From IMG/VR virus record IMGVR_UViG_3300028840_005860, positions 1-64,000 of that record: DNA of 64,000 nt. One strand, written 5' to 3'. Of this stretch, positions 1 through 9,412 are shown in pieces. A model generated the notes under the pieces. The model did no database searches, had not been told where the DNA came from, and saw nothing but the letters and a program-made list of their open reading frames with translations. A program made the translations under genes and the position numbers. Positions within the stretch are counted from its first letter, which is position 1; each line of letters opens with the position of its first letter.

Positions 1-50
1 CTCGCCATCCGAGCACGCACGCGGCGCTTGAACTTCTTCGCCTTCGTCAT
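1..50 (-). CDS. 5' end of hypothetical protein (runs off window)
   Basis: ATG at 50 after GAGGAG; MTKAKKFKRRVRARMA. Confidence 0.5.
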   Translation of the reverse strand, partial: MTKAKKFKRRVRARMA

Positions 51-395
51 CTCACGTCTCCTCGGCACCAGCCTCGCGGACCCCGTACGTCCGACTTTGA
101 GGTGCCGGTCGAAGTGAGGAGTTTTCCGGTGAGAGCAGCGAGGCCTGGTGACCCCTTCCCTAGTGCCGAGCCGGGTACGGGCCAGCTCGTGAAGGTTGGC
201 GAACGCTCCTTCGCCACCCACACCGTACCGGCCTGAACGACGACGCGACGACGACCGAGCCCGCTCGCGCGCCTATGCCACGCGCCCTGACGAGACCATT
301 CCGCGAATTTCCGGGCCCGACCCCATAGCCTCGCGACCGAAGAAGGGGGCGCGCCCCGACAGGCCACACGAGACCCGCCAACGGTAGCGTCGGGC

Positions 396-441
396 AACCC
401 GGCCCCGAACCCGAACCCGGCCCCGAACCCGAACCCGGCCC
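396..441. repeat. 18-bp tandem repeat, about 2.5 copies
   Basis: AACCCGGCCCCGAACCCG at 396-413 and 414-431, plus a partial copy. Confidence 0.9.
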
Positions 442-448
442 AGGCCCC

Positions 449-928
449 ATGACCAACCTCCCGGACAACTTCTCCGACGACCCCGTCACCGAGCGCCTCG
501 CCTGCTACTTCGAGGAGCTCTACGCCTACCTCATAGAGGAGGGCGTCCCCGAGGACTGCCTCCCCTCGCCGTGGCACGTCCTCCGCCGCGTCACCCAGGC
601 CATCGACCACGAGAGGCTCAGGGGATGGCTCGACGCCTACGTCGCCGTGGAGGCCCAGGCACAGGACGACGACGAGGGCGACGGCGAACGGGCAGACCCC
701 AGACACCCAGGCTCGGCACGCCCAGAGGTCAGACGCAGACCCTCCTACCTCCGAGCACTAGAAGCCGACGGCGTCCGCCCACCCCCCAAGACCGCCCAGG
801 AGGACGCCAGCGCCTCCGTGAAGGGCGACGCCAGCGCCTCCGTGAAGGGCGACGGCAGCTCGGAAGGGGCCAAGGTGCCCCAGAGCCGTCAGGCGCCCGA
901 CGACGCCCACACGGCCCCTGACGAGTAG
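449..928 (+). CDS. hypothetical protein with internal 24-bp duplication
   Basis: 159 aa ORF; GACGCCAGCGCCTCCGTGAAGGGC at 803-826 and 827-850. Confidence 0.5.
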   Translation: MTNLPDNFSDDPVTERLACYFEELYAYLIEEGVPEDCLPSPWHVLRRVTQAIDHERLRGWLDAYVAVEAQAQDDDEGDGERADPRHPGSARPEVRRRPSYLRALEADGVRPPPKTAQEDASASVKGDASASVKGDGSSEGAKVPQSRQAPDDAHTAPDE

Positions 929-1535
929 CCGGGACTCGGACCACGTCCGTCCCCTCCTCGCTCGCCTCGCTCGCGAGGGTCGAGGGGAATGACCGGACGG
1001 GCGTCGGCCAGGCTCCCTCGAACGAGCGACGACGGCACCGCGAGCACGTCGACCGTTCGCCGCCACCTGCCTCGACCCCGAGAGGGAGATCTCTCCCCCG
1101 TCGAGACGAAAAAAAGTGCGGCGCAGGTCAGACAACTCGACCCGCCTCGACCCCACGTCGCGGCACGTCATCCGTGAGGAGCGGGCGTCAATGGAGAGAC
1201 TATAACGAAGCGTTGCAACGTGCTTGAGGTGTCGTTGGGTCTCGGGCGAGTTGGGGGTTGACGGGGCGCTCTCTTCGGTTCCGCTCCGAGGTCGTCGGCG
1301 CACGTTCCGCTTGCGCCCGAACTTCGCGGTGTGCTAGAGGGAGGCTCGTGGTCGTTTCCGGGCGCGATCGAAACGGGGTTGAACGTGCGGGTCGGACCTA
1401 CCGAGCCCTCGCGCAGGAAGGAACGCGAAGTCGACGTGTGAACTTCGATCGCGGTCGCGTCGTTGGTTTCGGGGGTTGTTTTTCGACGTGGGAGTCGTTA
1501 AAGAGTGTGCGCGCGACGTCGCGAGGAGGGTGTTG

Positions 1536-2726
1536 ATGCTCTCGCAAGTGCACGAGGTGGATCGACGGTCGTGCGGGTTCGGTGGTGCTGGCCAGGTGCC
1601 CGAGTTGAACCTGTACACGCGGTACGAGCACGGAAACCTCCCGGTGAGGGTGCATCGCGACGACGCGGGGCAGACTCGCTACTCGGTGACGCACCCGTTC
1701 GGTCGCGTCGAGACGTACCCGAGCGCGCGGCGGCTGATCAGCTCGCTCTACGGACGGGACCTGCACGTGTCGTTCGACCGCTACTTCCGGCTGGGGCGCT
1801 ACCGGAGGGAGGGGCGGCCCTCGGGCGAGGCGAACCTGCTCACCCTGCTAGACTCGTCGAGCTCGCGCTCGAGGACCAGGTCGACTCCGATCACCGTGCA
1901 CGCGCGGAACGAGCCCGGGAGGGTGATGCGAGGTACTCGGATCGTACTCGCGCGGTCCGAACGGGCAGGCGGGGCGGGTCCGCGGGGAGGTTTGGACGAC
2001 CTGGACCCCGACGTTGAGGAGTTCGTGCGGGCGCTCGAGGGGGACTTGAGGCCCCTGGACGAGTTCGTGGTGCCGACGGAGGAGATGGTGGAGGAGTTCG
2101 ACCGGGCGTTCCGGCTCGAGCTCGACCGGGTGGAGGAGCTGGTGGGGATCGACCTGGGGGAGCAGTCGCTGCGGAGCGGGTCGAGGTACAAGGCGGACGA
2201 GGTGCGTCGGCTCTTGTGGAAGGGGTTCGCGGGGAGGATGCTGTCGCAGGGCTACGACCCGGAGGAGGTCTTGCAGGAGATCTACAAGGGGCTGCTGGTA
2301 CGGAACGGCGGCAGGTGTCCGTGGGACGCGCGCAAGTCGACGTTCGGGCACTACGTGCACATGGTGATCTCGTGCGTGCTGACGAACTACCACCGGAAGC
2401 AGGTGCGGAGGATCGACCGGGACGCGGTGCCGCTCGAGGTGGGGAGGGACGGCGAGGATCGGGACGTGGACGTGGGGCAGTGGGGTTCGTGCGACATCTG
2501 GCACGGGTCGGAGGTGACGGACCAGACGCTGCTGGTCGAGCTCGCGGGGCATCTCGACGAGGTGGCGGACGAGTGCCCCGAGGCGCAGCTCGGGCGCGAG
2601 ACGCGGACGGGACACAGGCCGTCCTTCGTGTCGAAGGCGCTCGCCTGGCTGCGGCGCCACACCGCGGCGTGGGCCCTGCAAGGTGACATGGCCGCCCTCG
2701 TTCCCGCGCGATTCCTCGCCAACTAG
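1536..2726 (+). CDS. ECF-like RNA polymerase sigma factor with long N-terminal extension
   Basis: AGGAGG before ATG 1536; region-2-like YDPEEVLQEIYKGLL...WDARKSTFGHYVHMVISCVLTNYHRK; short region-4-like TGHRPSFVSKALAWLRR. Confidence 0.6.
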   Translation: MLSQVHEVDRRSCGFGGAGQVPELNLYTRYEHGNLPVRVHRDDAGQTRYSVTHPFGRVETYPSARRLISSLYGRDLHVSFDRYFRLGRYRREGRPSGEANLLTLLDSSSSRSRTRSTPITVHARNEPGRVMRGTRIVLARSERAGGAGPRGGLDDLDPDVEEFVRALEGDLRPLDEFVVPTEEMVEEFDRAFRLELDRVEELVGIDLGEQSLRSGSRYKADEVRRLLWKGFAGRMLSQGYDPEEVLQEIYKGLLVRNGGRCPWDARKSTFGHYVHMVISCVLTNYHRKQVRRIDRDAVPLEVGRDGEDRDVDVGQWGSCDIWHGSEVTDQTLLVELAGHLDEVADECPEAQLGRETRTGHRPSFVSKALAWLRRHTAAWALQGDMAALVPARFLAN

Positions 2727-2972
2727 GGTCTGCAGGTCAGCTTAGGTGACCTGCAAACCGTCGTGGAGGCACCATCGCGATAGTCAGGGAGGGGAAACCG
2801 GCCATCGCGACGGTGCTAGGTCCGGTTTCCGTTCCTGAAGGAGTCCGGCGGTCGGGTTCTGGCGAGGTTCAGGGCGCTCGCGGAGCCCCCAGGCGAGCGG
2901 ATTGAGGTGTTGCAGGGCGCGTTCGGGGAGGTTCGGCGTTCTTGAGTTGGGGAGTTGGTCGGAGTCCGGTGG

Positions 2973-3137
2973 CTACCCGAAGTCCTGCAGCTCCTTCGCG
3001 TGGAGGAGCAGGCCCTGCTCGAGGAGCGTGGCGGTCTCGTCTAGCAGGGCCTCGCGGCGCTCGTGCTCCAGCTCGTCGAGGAGCTCCTCGACGAGATGGT
3101 CGAGGAGGTTCTCGGTGCTTGGTGGGAGGCGGTTCAT
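2973..3137 (-). CDS. small paralog D (54 aa)
   Basis: MNRLPPSTENLLDHLVEELLDEL..., read manually. Confidence 0.6.
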   Translation of the reverse strand: MNRLPPSTENLLDHLVEELLDELEHERREALLDETATLLEQGLLLHAKELQDFG

Positions 3138-3143
3138 CCGAGG

Positions 3144-3360
3144 TCACGGAGCCCGCGTCGAGACGGAGCGGAGGCTGATGCCGTAGTTCCGGGAGGCCGC
3201 GGTGATGGCCTCGGCCGCCTCGATCATGGTGGTGCCGTACCGACGGAAGGCGGCGCGGACGAGTCCTGAGCCCGTCCAGCAGCTCGTCCACGAGCTGGTC
3301 AACGACCCTCTGAACTCGTGGAGGAAGGTCGGCGCCGGTTTTTGGGGAGGTTTTGGGCAC
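3144..3360 (-). pseudogene. small paralog C, apparently frameshifted near 3265
   Basis: LPPRVQRVVDQLVDELLDGL, then continues as GLVRAAFRRYG... in another frame. Confidence 0.4.
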
Positions 3361-3533
3361 CTAGAAAGTCCGGTGGTGGGGTCTGCTGGGTTTTCAGGGC
3401 ACTGAGACGTACTTGAGGTGGTCTTGGAGACGCGCTCGGGGCGGGGGCTCGAAGTCCGGGTGCTCGAGGAGGTAAAGGAGCCTCTGAGTCCGCAGAGAGT
3501 CCGGTAGTGGCTTCTGGGGGACGTTTGAGCACC

Positions 3534-3773
3534 TTAGAGGTGGCGGCCGCCGGGTCCGGGAGGGTTTTCGGGGGCCGTATCCTTACTTAAGGCGCGCCGG
3601 ATGGAGATAGAGAGGAGGGTTGGGTACTTGGTGGAGGCTTCGGGATCGAGGAGGACGTAGTCGAGGGGGCGTTCGGGGACCTTGGACGCGGCCTCGAGGA
3701 TGAAGTCCTGCTGCAGCTCGAGGACGAGGCGGTCGAGGAGCTTCTCGGTGCGTGCTGGAAGGCGGGAAGTCAT
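3534..3773 (-). CDS. small paralog B (79 aa)
   Basis: MTSRLPARTEKLLDRLVLEL. Confidence 0.6.
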   Translation of the reverse strand: MTSRLPARTEKLLDRLVLELQQDFILEAASKVPERPLDYVLLDPEASTKYPTLLSISIRRALSKDTAPENPPGPGGRHL

Positions 3774-3782
3774 GGAGCTCGT

Positions 3783-3950
3783 TCAGAGCGGCAGGGTGCG
3801 GGCCGGGTTGTCGTTGGCCTTGCGGACCATGTCCTTCAGCAGGTAGAGGAATGCCTTGTAGAGGACGGAGTCCTGTACCTCGAGCTCGCCGATGAGCTCG
3901 TCCACGAGGGAGTCTAGCAGTCGTTGGGTGCGTGCCGGGAGCGGAGTCAT
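3783..3950 (-). CDS. small paralog A (55 aa)
   Basis: MTPLPARTQRLLDSLVDELIGEL..., read manually; same GAGCTCCATGACT start context as paralog B. Confidence 0.6.
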   Translation of the reverse strand: MTPLPARTQRLLDSLVDELIGELEVQDSVLYKAFLYLLKDMVRKANDNPARTLPL

Positions 3951-4152
3951 GGAGCTCTCGTGGGGTTCTACCCCTTCAGGGGTCGTGGTGGGCGAGGATC
4001 CGGGATTTCGTGACGCCCGAGCGCGAGGAGCCCGGGGTTTGCAGTGGGTGCTCGAGCGCGAGACGGCCTCGCAGGGCCCTTTCCTGGGCCTTTCAGGTCC
4101 GGAGGAGCCCGGAGTTTGCAGTGGGTGCCGTACAGAGGCGGTTCGAAGGGAG

Positions 4153-4239
4153 TAGAATGAGCAGTCGGCGTGGGTGTCGACTTCCTGCGTTCTTCATCAA
4201 GGGCTCCCGGGAATGGTCTCGGGGGCCCTCCTTCTTGTT
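4153..4239 (+). ncRNA. candidate sRNA 1 (TAGAAT -10, 5' hairpin, pyrimidine linker, terminator)
   Basis: TAGAAT 4153; GTCGGC-gtgggt-GTCGAC hairpin; 12-bp terminator stem with ATGG loop and U-rich tail. Confidence 0.5.
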
Positions 4240-4313
4240 CGTGGGGGGGTTCTTCGGCCCTCAGAGGTCCGGGAAGGGTGGAGAAGTGTCGAGTTGGGGG
4301 GTCCGGGAGGGTG

Positions 4314-4393
4314 TAGAATGGGAGCGGTCGACGTGGTTGTCGACTCTTCGGCATTTTCCAGGCCCCGGGAATGGTCTCGGGGCCTTCTTTTTT
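4314..4393 (+). ncRNA. candidate sRNA 2, paralog of sRNA 1
   Basis: TAGAAT 4314; GTCGAC-gtggtt-GTCGAC hairpin; GGCCCCGGGA-atgg-TCTCGGGGCC followed by TTCTTTTT. Confidence 0.5.
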
Positions 4394-4614
4394 CTCGTGT
4401 AAGTTCTTCGGGAGGTCCGTGCAGGTGGTGACCGACGATATGGTGCCTGGGGAGAGCCCAGGACAAGGCTTGACTGGGGCCGCACTGAAACAGCAGTCGG
4501 TCAACTCACGATCCCTGGAGGAATACGGGACCTCCAGGGGTCTTTTTTTGCCCTGGAAACCCGGTTCGGGGGTGAAAGGTGGCGTGCCGGGTCGCTTTTC
4601 GGTCCCTCGGGGCG

Positions 4615-4640
4615 TGTAAAAACGTCGGATACGTCGTGTA
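4615..4640 (+). promoter_or_regulatory. class I phage promoter TGTAAR-N14-CGTRCA (first of 15 copies)
   Basis: Copies on + at 4615, 9942, 10186, 11937, 14057, 15573, 17834, 21996, 24512, 33635; on - at 8332-8357, 30840-30865, 31538-31563, 39889-39914, 56174-56199; spacer counted as 14 nt in each. Confidence 0.8.
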
Positions 4641-4647
4641 GGGGGTC

Positions 4648-5139
4648 ATGAAGATCGGCATCAAGAGCTACCGAAGCTGTGCGGGCAACGAGGGAGACGC
4701 CTTCTCCTGCACGCTCTACCTGGACGGCAAGAAGGCCGCGCTCGTCAAGTACGACGGGTGGGGAGGCCAGTACGACTACGACTTCACGTTCGCGGACGGG
4801 AGGCCTTGGGGCGGTCCGACGTGTCTGAAGTTCAAGGAGCACGTGGAGTCGCTGCCGGAGCGGACGTGCTCTTTCGACGATCCGGGGACGGGGGAGCCCG
4901 CGAAGGTCGCGGTGAACATGGACATGCTGGTGGAGGACGCGATTCAGCTGATGCTGGAGAACCGGCAGCTCAGGAGGTGGTGTCGGAACGAGACGCTGTT
5001 CAGGGTGAAGGGCGACGACGAGGGTTCGTGGCGCCGACTGAACGTGAAGTTTCCGGGCAACGAGGGCCGCGTCAGGTACTACCTGTCGAGGGAGCACGGC
5101 GACGCGATAGAGGAGATCGCCAACGAGAGGTTCGCGTGA
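4648..5139 (+). CDS. phage hypothetical protein
   Basis: 163 aa ORF, typical GC3-rich codons, ATG 7 nt after class I promoter. Confidence 0.8.
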   Translation: MKIGIKSYRSCAGNEGDAFSCTLYLDGKKAALVKYDGWGGQYDYDFTFADGRPWGGPTCLKFKEHVESLPERTCSFDDPGTGEPAKVAVNMDMLVEDAIQLMLENRQLRRWCRNETLFRVKGDDEGSWRRLNVKFPGNEGRVRYYLSREHGDAIEEIANERFA

Positions 5140-5140
5140 G

Positions 5141-6241
5141 ATGAGACGAGCGAAGACCGAGGATCTAGACTACCTGGCCACCCAGGCGGCAGTCAGGATA
5201 CTGGCGCACAGGCCCGTGTCCGAGGGGTCGGAGGGGCCCGGACCGTGGAGCGACTCCAAGTTGATGGACGCGGTGGTCAGTCGGCGCGGCGACCTCGTGC
5301 AGATCGAGGTGTGGGACAGGAGCCAGAAGGTGGCGTTCCTGGAGATCCATCCCGGGACGTGGGAACGCGTGAAGTTCGTCGTGGGGGAGTGGCTCCTGGC
5401 CCTGTTTCGCCTCGACGAGATCCCCTCGTACCTGCACGAACGCGTGGGCGGGGCCGCGAGCCCGCGCCCCAGGGTCGGGTCTCGCGGCCTGTACTACGTT
5501 CTCTATCACCGGAGGGGGCGGGATCGTACGATCCTGCTGGTCGAGAGCGACATGGAGTTGGAGGACCTGAACGGGGCGTTGGGCCCGCTCGACCTGTACG
5601 CGCGCGAGGTTCCCGAGGAGATGGCGGCGTCGGTCTCGGAGGTGATGCCGCCGTGGACGTGGGCTCGGGAAGTCGGGATGTTCGTCAGGCCGGTGAGGGT
5701 GGGGAAGGAGGCGCGGCTGGACGTCCTGCGCACGCCGGATCCCGTCGAGGATCCTGCCGAGCCTCCCGTCGCGGGGTCGGAGAAGGAGCTGCTCGAGGAG
5801 GGGAGGCTGCTTCGCGAGGTGCTGCAGGAGGAGAGGAGGGCGATCCTCAAGCTCCGCGGAGGCGCCGAGCCGCCGGTCCTGTGGAAAGTGGCCTGCGAGT
5901 ACGACCTCGAAGACGAGGCGTGGAGGTGCCTGCGTGGGCTGGCGCTTCCTCCGGGCGTCGAGCTCGAGGACGTTCGTCGGATCGTCGACGCGCTCGCCGT
6001 GGCGTTTGACGATCGGGCGGTGCTCCTGGGCCGAGACGAGGACTCCGACGTGCTGGAGTGGTTTTACTGGCACTGGACCCGCGTCGTGCCCGCGGCGGTC
6101 CTGGATCGCGTCTGGACGGACCTGGGTCGGAGGTCCCAGCACGCGCTGTACGTGGACGGGTTGAGGAGCCTGGAGCCGCGAAACATCTCGCCCGCGTGGG
6201 TCGAGGCACGTCGACCCACGGTCGGGGAGCCGCAGGCATGA
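5141..6241 (+). CDS. hypothetical protein
   Basis: 366 aa ORF coupled to its neighbours. Confidence 0.75.
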   Translation: MRRAKTEDLDYLATQAAVRILAHRPVSEGSEGPGPWSDSKLMDAVVSRRGDLVQIEVWDRSQKVAFLEIHPGTWERVKFVVGEWLLALFRLDEIPSYLHERVGGAASPRPRVGSRGLYYVLYHRRGRDRTILLVESDMELEDLNGALGPLDLYAREVPEEMAASVSEVMPPWTWAREVGMFVRPVRVGKEARLDVLRTPDPVEDPAEPPVAGSEKELLEEGRLLREVLQEERRAILKLRGGAEPPVLWKVACEYDLEDEAWRCLRGLALPPGVELEDVRRIVDALAVAFDDRAVLLGRDEDSDVLEWFYWHWTRVVPAAVLDRVWTDLGRRSQHALYVDGLRSLEPRNISPAWVEARRPTVGEPQA

Positions 6242-6567
6242 GCTCGGAAAGCTGGTCGCGGCTCGACGGGCTGAGGCTGAGCTCGGGGCACGTGCTGAAG
6301 GTCAGCGCGTACCGAACGAACGACCGGCCGGCGTTGGTCGCCTACGACGAGGAGTGGGTTCCCGAGTGTCACGTGACGGTGAACCTGGTGGACGAGCTGC
6401 TCGGGGACGACGAGTTTCACGTTCGGTTCGAGGACCGGGAGCACGCCGGCGCCGTGTTCGACGCGCTGGTGGCCGACGGGCTCGCGGAGCCGACGGGGAG
6501 GGTCGTGGGAGCGGGGTACGTCCCGCGCTACGCCGAGGTCTGGAGGCTGCTCGAGGAGGAGGGGTGA
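6238..6567 (+). CDS. DUF4313-like hypothetical protein
   Basis: ATGA overlap; HVTVNL...LVADGLAEPTGRVVGAGY pattern. Confidence 0.55.
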   Translation: MSSESWSRLDGLRLSSGHVLKVSAYRTNDRPALVAYDEEWVPECHVTVNLVDELLGDDEFHVRFEDREHAGAVFDALVADGLAEPTGRVVGAGYVPRYAEVWRLLEEEG

Positions 6568-6838
6568 TGGGCGTCCAGCAGATCAAATTCGGGGAGTTCG
6601 CTGCACGGTGCCGCTACCGGGTGGGGGCGGCGAGCGACGAGAGGAGGCCGGCGAACGCCCTCTGCATCGAGCACTTCACGATGGCGCCCTGGCGCTGCAC
6701 GGAGCAGCGTCCCGAGCACTGGCCCGAGGGGTCGTCCTCGATCCGGTGGCTGGCGTCCGGGGGCGAGGCGACGGTGTTCGGCGCCTGCGGGCGATCGGGC
6801 TGCCCCCTGCTGCGAGCAGTCGAGGAGGAGGAGGAGAC

Positions 6839-7711
6839 ATGAGTTTCGACATGGACAGAGACGAACTGAAGGAGTGGATCCGCGAGGGCGAGCTCGACAC
6901 CATCTGGGCGGCCTACGAGACGGCCGTAACCGAGCGCGACGAGGCGATGAGGCGGACGGAGCAGGAACGTGAGGGCCACTACACCGATCTCGCGAGGCAG
7001 GTGGAGGCCCGCGAGCGGGCCGAGGCCGAGCGCGACGGCCTGAAGAAGGCGGTGCGCGACGCCAGGGCCATCCTCGACGAGATGCTGCCGGATGCGATTT
7101 TCATGTCGAACGCGCACGCAAGCACGGATTACGGCGACGTGTCCGACCGCGGCTGCGACCTCGTGTTCAACATCGAGCGGTGCCACAAGGCCCTCGCCGC
7201 CGTTCCCGCGCGCAGGCAGGTGGGCGCCCTCGAGCGCTTGGTCGCGGACCTGGAGACGGCCTGTGCCGATCACGACGGTGCCGGCGGCCCTCCTCTCGTG
7301 TCGACCGAACGGATCCGCAGCCTCGTCGCCGCCACCGTCGAAGCTCGAGCGGAGGAGGCGGAGGGGGAACTGAAACGGGCACTCGATGGCGAGGAAAGTT
7401 GGCGGCAACAGATGCTTCGAGAGCACGACCTCAAGGAGAGGTTTCGCGCCCAACGGGACCTGCTGGTCGCGGCGCTCCGGGAGCAGCTCGAGGCAGAGCA
7501 GCTTTGGGTGGACGATCCGACCGCGGCGTTCGAGCAGAGGGCGGCTGCGTTCCGGCGCGAGACGGGTTACGTGGCGCCGGGGAAGGACGTTTCCGCCGAT
7601 CTGAACCCCTCGGACGAGTACATGGAGCAGCGGCAGGTCAGGTGGCGCGAGTGGCACGACGCGAGGCGAGCCGAGCGCCACGAAAGGTGGCGCAGGCTCC
7701 TCGACGGCTAG
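6839..7711 (+). CDS. coiled-coil hypothetical protein
   Basis: GGAGG SD; MSFDMDRDELKEW; E/R-rich helices. Confidence 0.7.
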   Translation: MSFDMDRDELKEWIREGELDTIWAAYETAVTERDEAMRRTEQEREGHYTDLARQVEARERAEAERDGLKKAVRDARAILDEMLPDAIFMSNAHASTDYGDVSDRGCDLVFNIERCHKALAAVPARRQVGALERLVADLETACADHDGAGGPPLVSTERIRSLVAATVEARAEEAEGELKRALDGEESWRQQMLREHDLKERFRAQRDLLVAALREQLEAEQLWVDDPTAAFEQRAAAFRRETGYVAPGKDVSADLNPSDEYMEQRQVRWREWHDARRAERHERWRRLLDG

Positions 7712-8325
7712 GTCGTCGGGACGAACCCGAGTCCCGTGAGGCTCGTCGAGTCGTTCGAGGTGATGATGAGGTGGTCGAGCACCGGGATGCCGACGAGCTT
7801 GCCGACCTCGCAGAGTCGGTTGGTGAGGTGCAGGTCGGCGTCGCTGGGGTCCGCGTCGCCGCTCGGGTGGTTGTGGACGAGGATGGTCGAGTGGCACCTG
7901 GCTCGGACGAGCGGCGTGAACACCTCCCTCGGATGCACGTCCACGTGCGCGAGGCTTCCCCTGGCGACCTCGTAGACGCCCAGCACCCGCTGTCGGGCGT
8001 CGAGCCCGACGACGAGGAAGCGCTCCTGCTCGGAGGTGGCGAGGTCCGTGTGCTCGCGGACGTAGCGGACCACGTTCGCGGGAGAGCGCAGGGCCGTTCG
8101 GTAGCTCCCGTCGTAGAGGTACTGTTGCAGGCCGATGGCGGCGAGCAGTCGTCGGGCCTGGGCGGCCGAGCAGCCGAGGCCGTGGAGCTCGAGCTCGCTG
8201 GCGGCGGCGAGCCCCCTGCCGCTGGGGAACGCCTCGGTGATCTGGGCGACGGTCTCGTCGCGGGCCTGGCAGACGGCCGCGAGGACCGTCCGGTATCGAG
8301 TGGTCTTGGTTTGCTCCTCTGTCAT
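7708..8325 (-). CDS. radC: RadC family JAB/MPN protein
   Basis: EQERFLVVGLD, VHPREVF, HNHPSGDADPSDAD, VLDHLII motifs. Confidence 0.9.
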   Translation of the reverse strand: MTEEQTKTTRYRTVLAAVCQARDETVAQITEAFPSGRGLAAASELELHGLGCSAAQARRLLAAIGLQQYLYDGSYRTALRSPANVVRYVREHTDLATSEQERFLVVGLDARQRVLGVYEVARGSLAHVDVHPREVFTPLVRARCHSTILVHNHPSGDADPSDADLHLTNRLCEVGKLVGIPVLDHLIITSNDSTSLTGLGFVPTT

Positions 8326-8424
8326 GCCCTCTGCACGGACGTTTCGACGAATTTACAGGAGGAGCGCGGGTCGCGCAGAGCGCTTGATCTGCAGGGGAGC
8401 AAGCTGTCGTGCGATGCTCGAGTC

Positions 8425-8628
8425 ATGGACGGAAAGCAGCTCAGGGCAGCCCGCAGACGAATGGGCTGGACGCAGTACTGGCTGGCGGACAGGTTGGGGG
8501 TCACGAGGCCCTCCCTGGCGCACTGGGAGTGCGGGAGGGCGCGGGTGCCTCCTCGGGTCGCCGTGGCCGTCAGGCAGGCGCAGAAGCTCGTGGAGAAGGC
8601 GATCGAGCGCCTCGGCGGCCAGCTCTAG
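8425..8628 (+). CDS. XRE family HTH regulator, divergent from radC
   Basis: LRAARRRMGWTQYWLADRLGVTRPSLAHWECG. Confidence 0.85.
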   Translation: MDGKQLRAARRRMGWTQYWLADRLGVTRPSLAHWECGRARVPPRVAVAVRQAQKLVEKAIERLGGQL

Positions 8629-8687
8629 GCGTCTCATCTCCCTCAGACAAGGCGGTCGTGCTTCTTCGTCTCGGGTAGAACTCCTTG

Positions 8688-8972
8688 ATGGTGTACCTGC
8701 GCGGAGTCACGGGGTCGAAGGACGCGGCCCGGCAGGCCGAGCGCGACGCGGTCCGGGAGTACGTCGAGGAGCACCCGGGCTGCTCGACCAGGGAGGTCGC
8801 GAGGGACGTCATGCGGGCTCCCGAGGAGGGGGGCCTCGAGCTCCGGGCCCTGGCGCATCGACGGCTCCGCGAGCTCGAGGAGGCCGGCCTCGTACGTCAC
8901 GAGAAGTCCAGCAGGGGAAGAGGCCACGGCCATCCCCACAGGTGGTGGATCGTGAAAAGTCCAGGAGGGTAG
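8688..8972 (+). CDS. winged-helix-like protein
   Basis: VEEHPGCSTREVARDV...LRELEEAGLV. Confidence 0.55.
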   Translation: MVYLRGVTGSKDAARQAERDAVREYVEEHPGCSTREVARDVMRAPEEGGLELRALAHRRLRELEEAGLVRHEKSSRGRGHGHPHRWWIVKSPGG

Positions 8973-8980
8973 AAGGGGAA

Positions 8981-9412
8981 ATGGATTCAAGCACGATGAC
9001 CGACAAGGTACGCATCAACCTACTGCTCAGGAAGTGCAGGAGCATTCGCCGGGCCGCGGGAGTCAGCCAGGATCGTCTCGCGAAGGTCGTCGGCGTCTCT
9101 CGAGGCAAGATCAAGCGGCTCGAGGGCGGCGAGCTCAGGGAGATCGACCGTCAGGAGCAGCGCAAGATCTCGCGGGCGCTGGCGCAGCTGCACAAGGACG
9201 CCAGGAAGTCCGGGAGCCTGAAGAAGGAGGCGAGCCCGGCCTCGAGGAGGAAGTCCAGGAACGCGAATCTCAAGAAGAAGGTGGCGGAGAGGCGGGCACG
9301 TCGGGAGAAGGCACGAGAGGTCAGGAAGGTCCTGGAGAAGGCGGGGCTCCTCGACGTGACGCTCGGCGAGCTGCTGCCCACGAAGGTGCGCGTGCCAGCA
9401 CGGTCTTCTTGA
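8981..9412 (+). CDS. XRE family HTH protein with basic tail
   Basis: IRRAAGVSQDRLAKVVGVSRGKIKRLEGG. Confidence 0.75.
   Translation: MDSSTMTDKVRINLLLRKCRSIRRAAGVSQDRLAKVVGVSRGKIKRLEGGELREIDRQEQRKISRALAQLHKDARKSGSLKKEASPASRRKSRNANLKKKVAERRARREKAREVRKVLEKAGLLDVTLGELLPTKVRVPARSS

Noticed and set aside
2727-2840. Structured ncRNA after the sigma gene
   Set aside because: Hairpins are present but sit between convergent genes and are adequately explained as terminators
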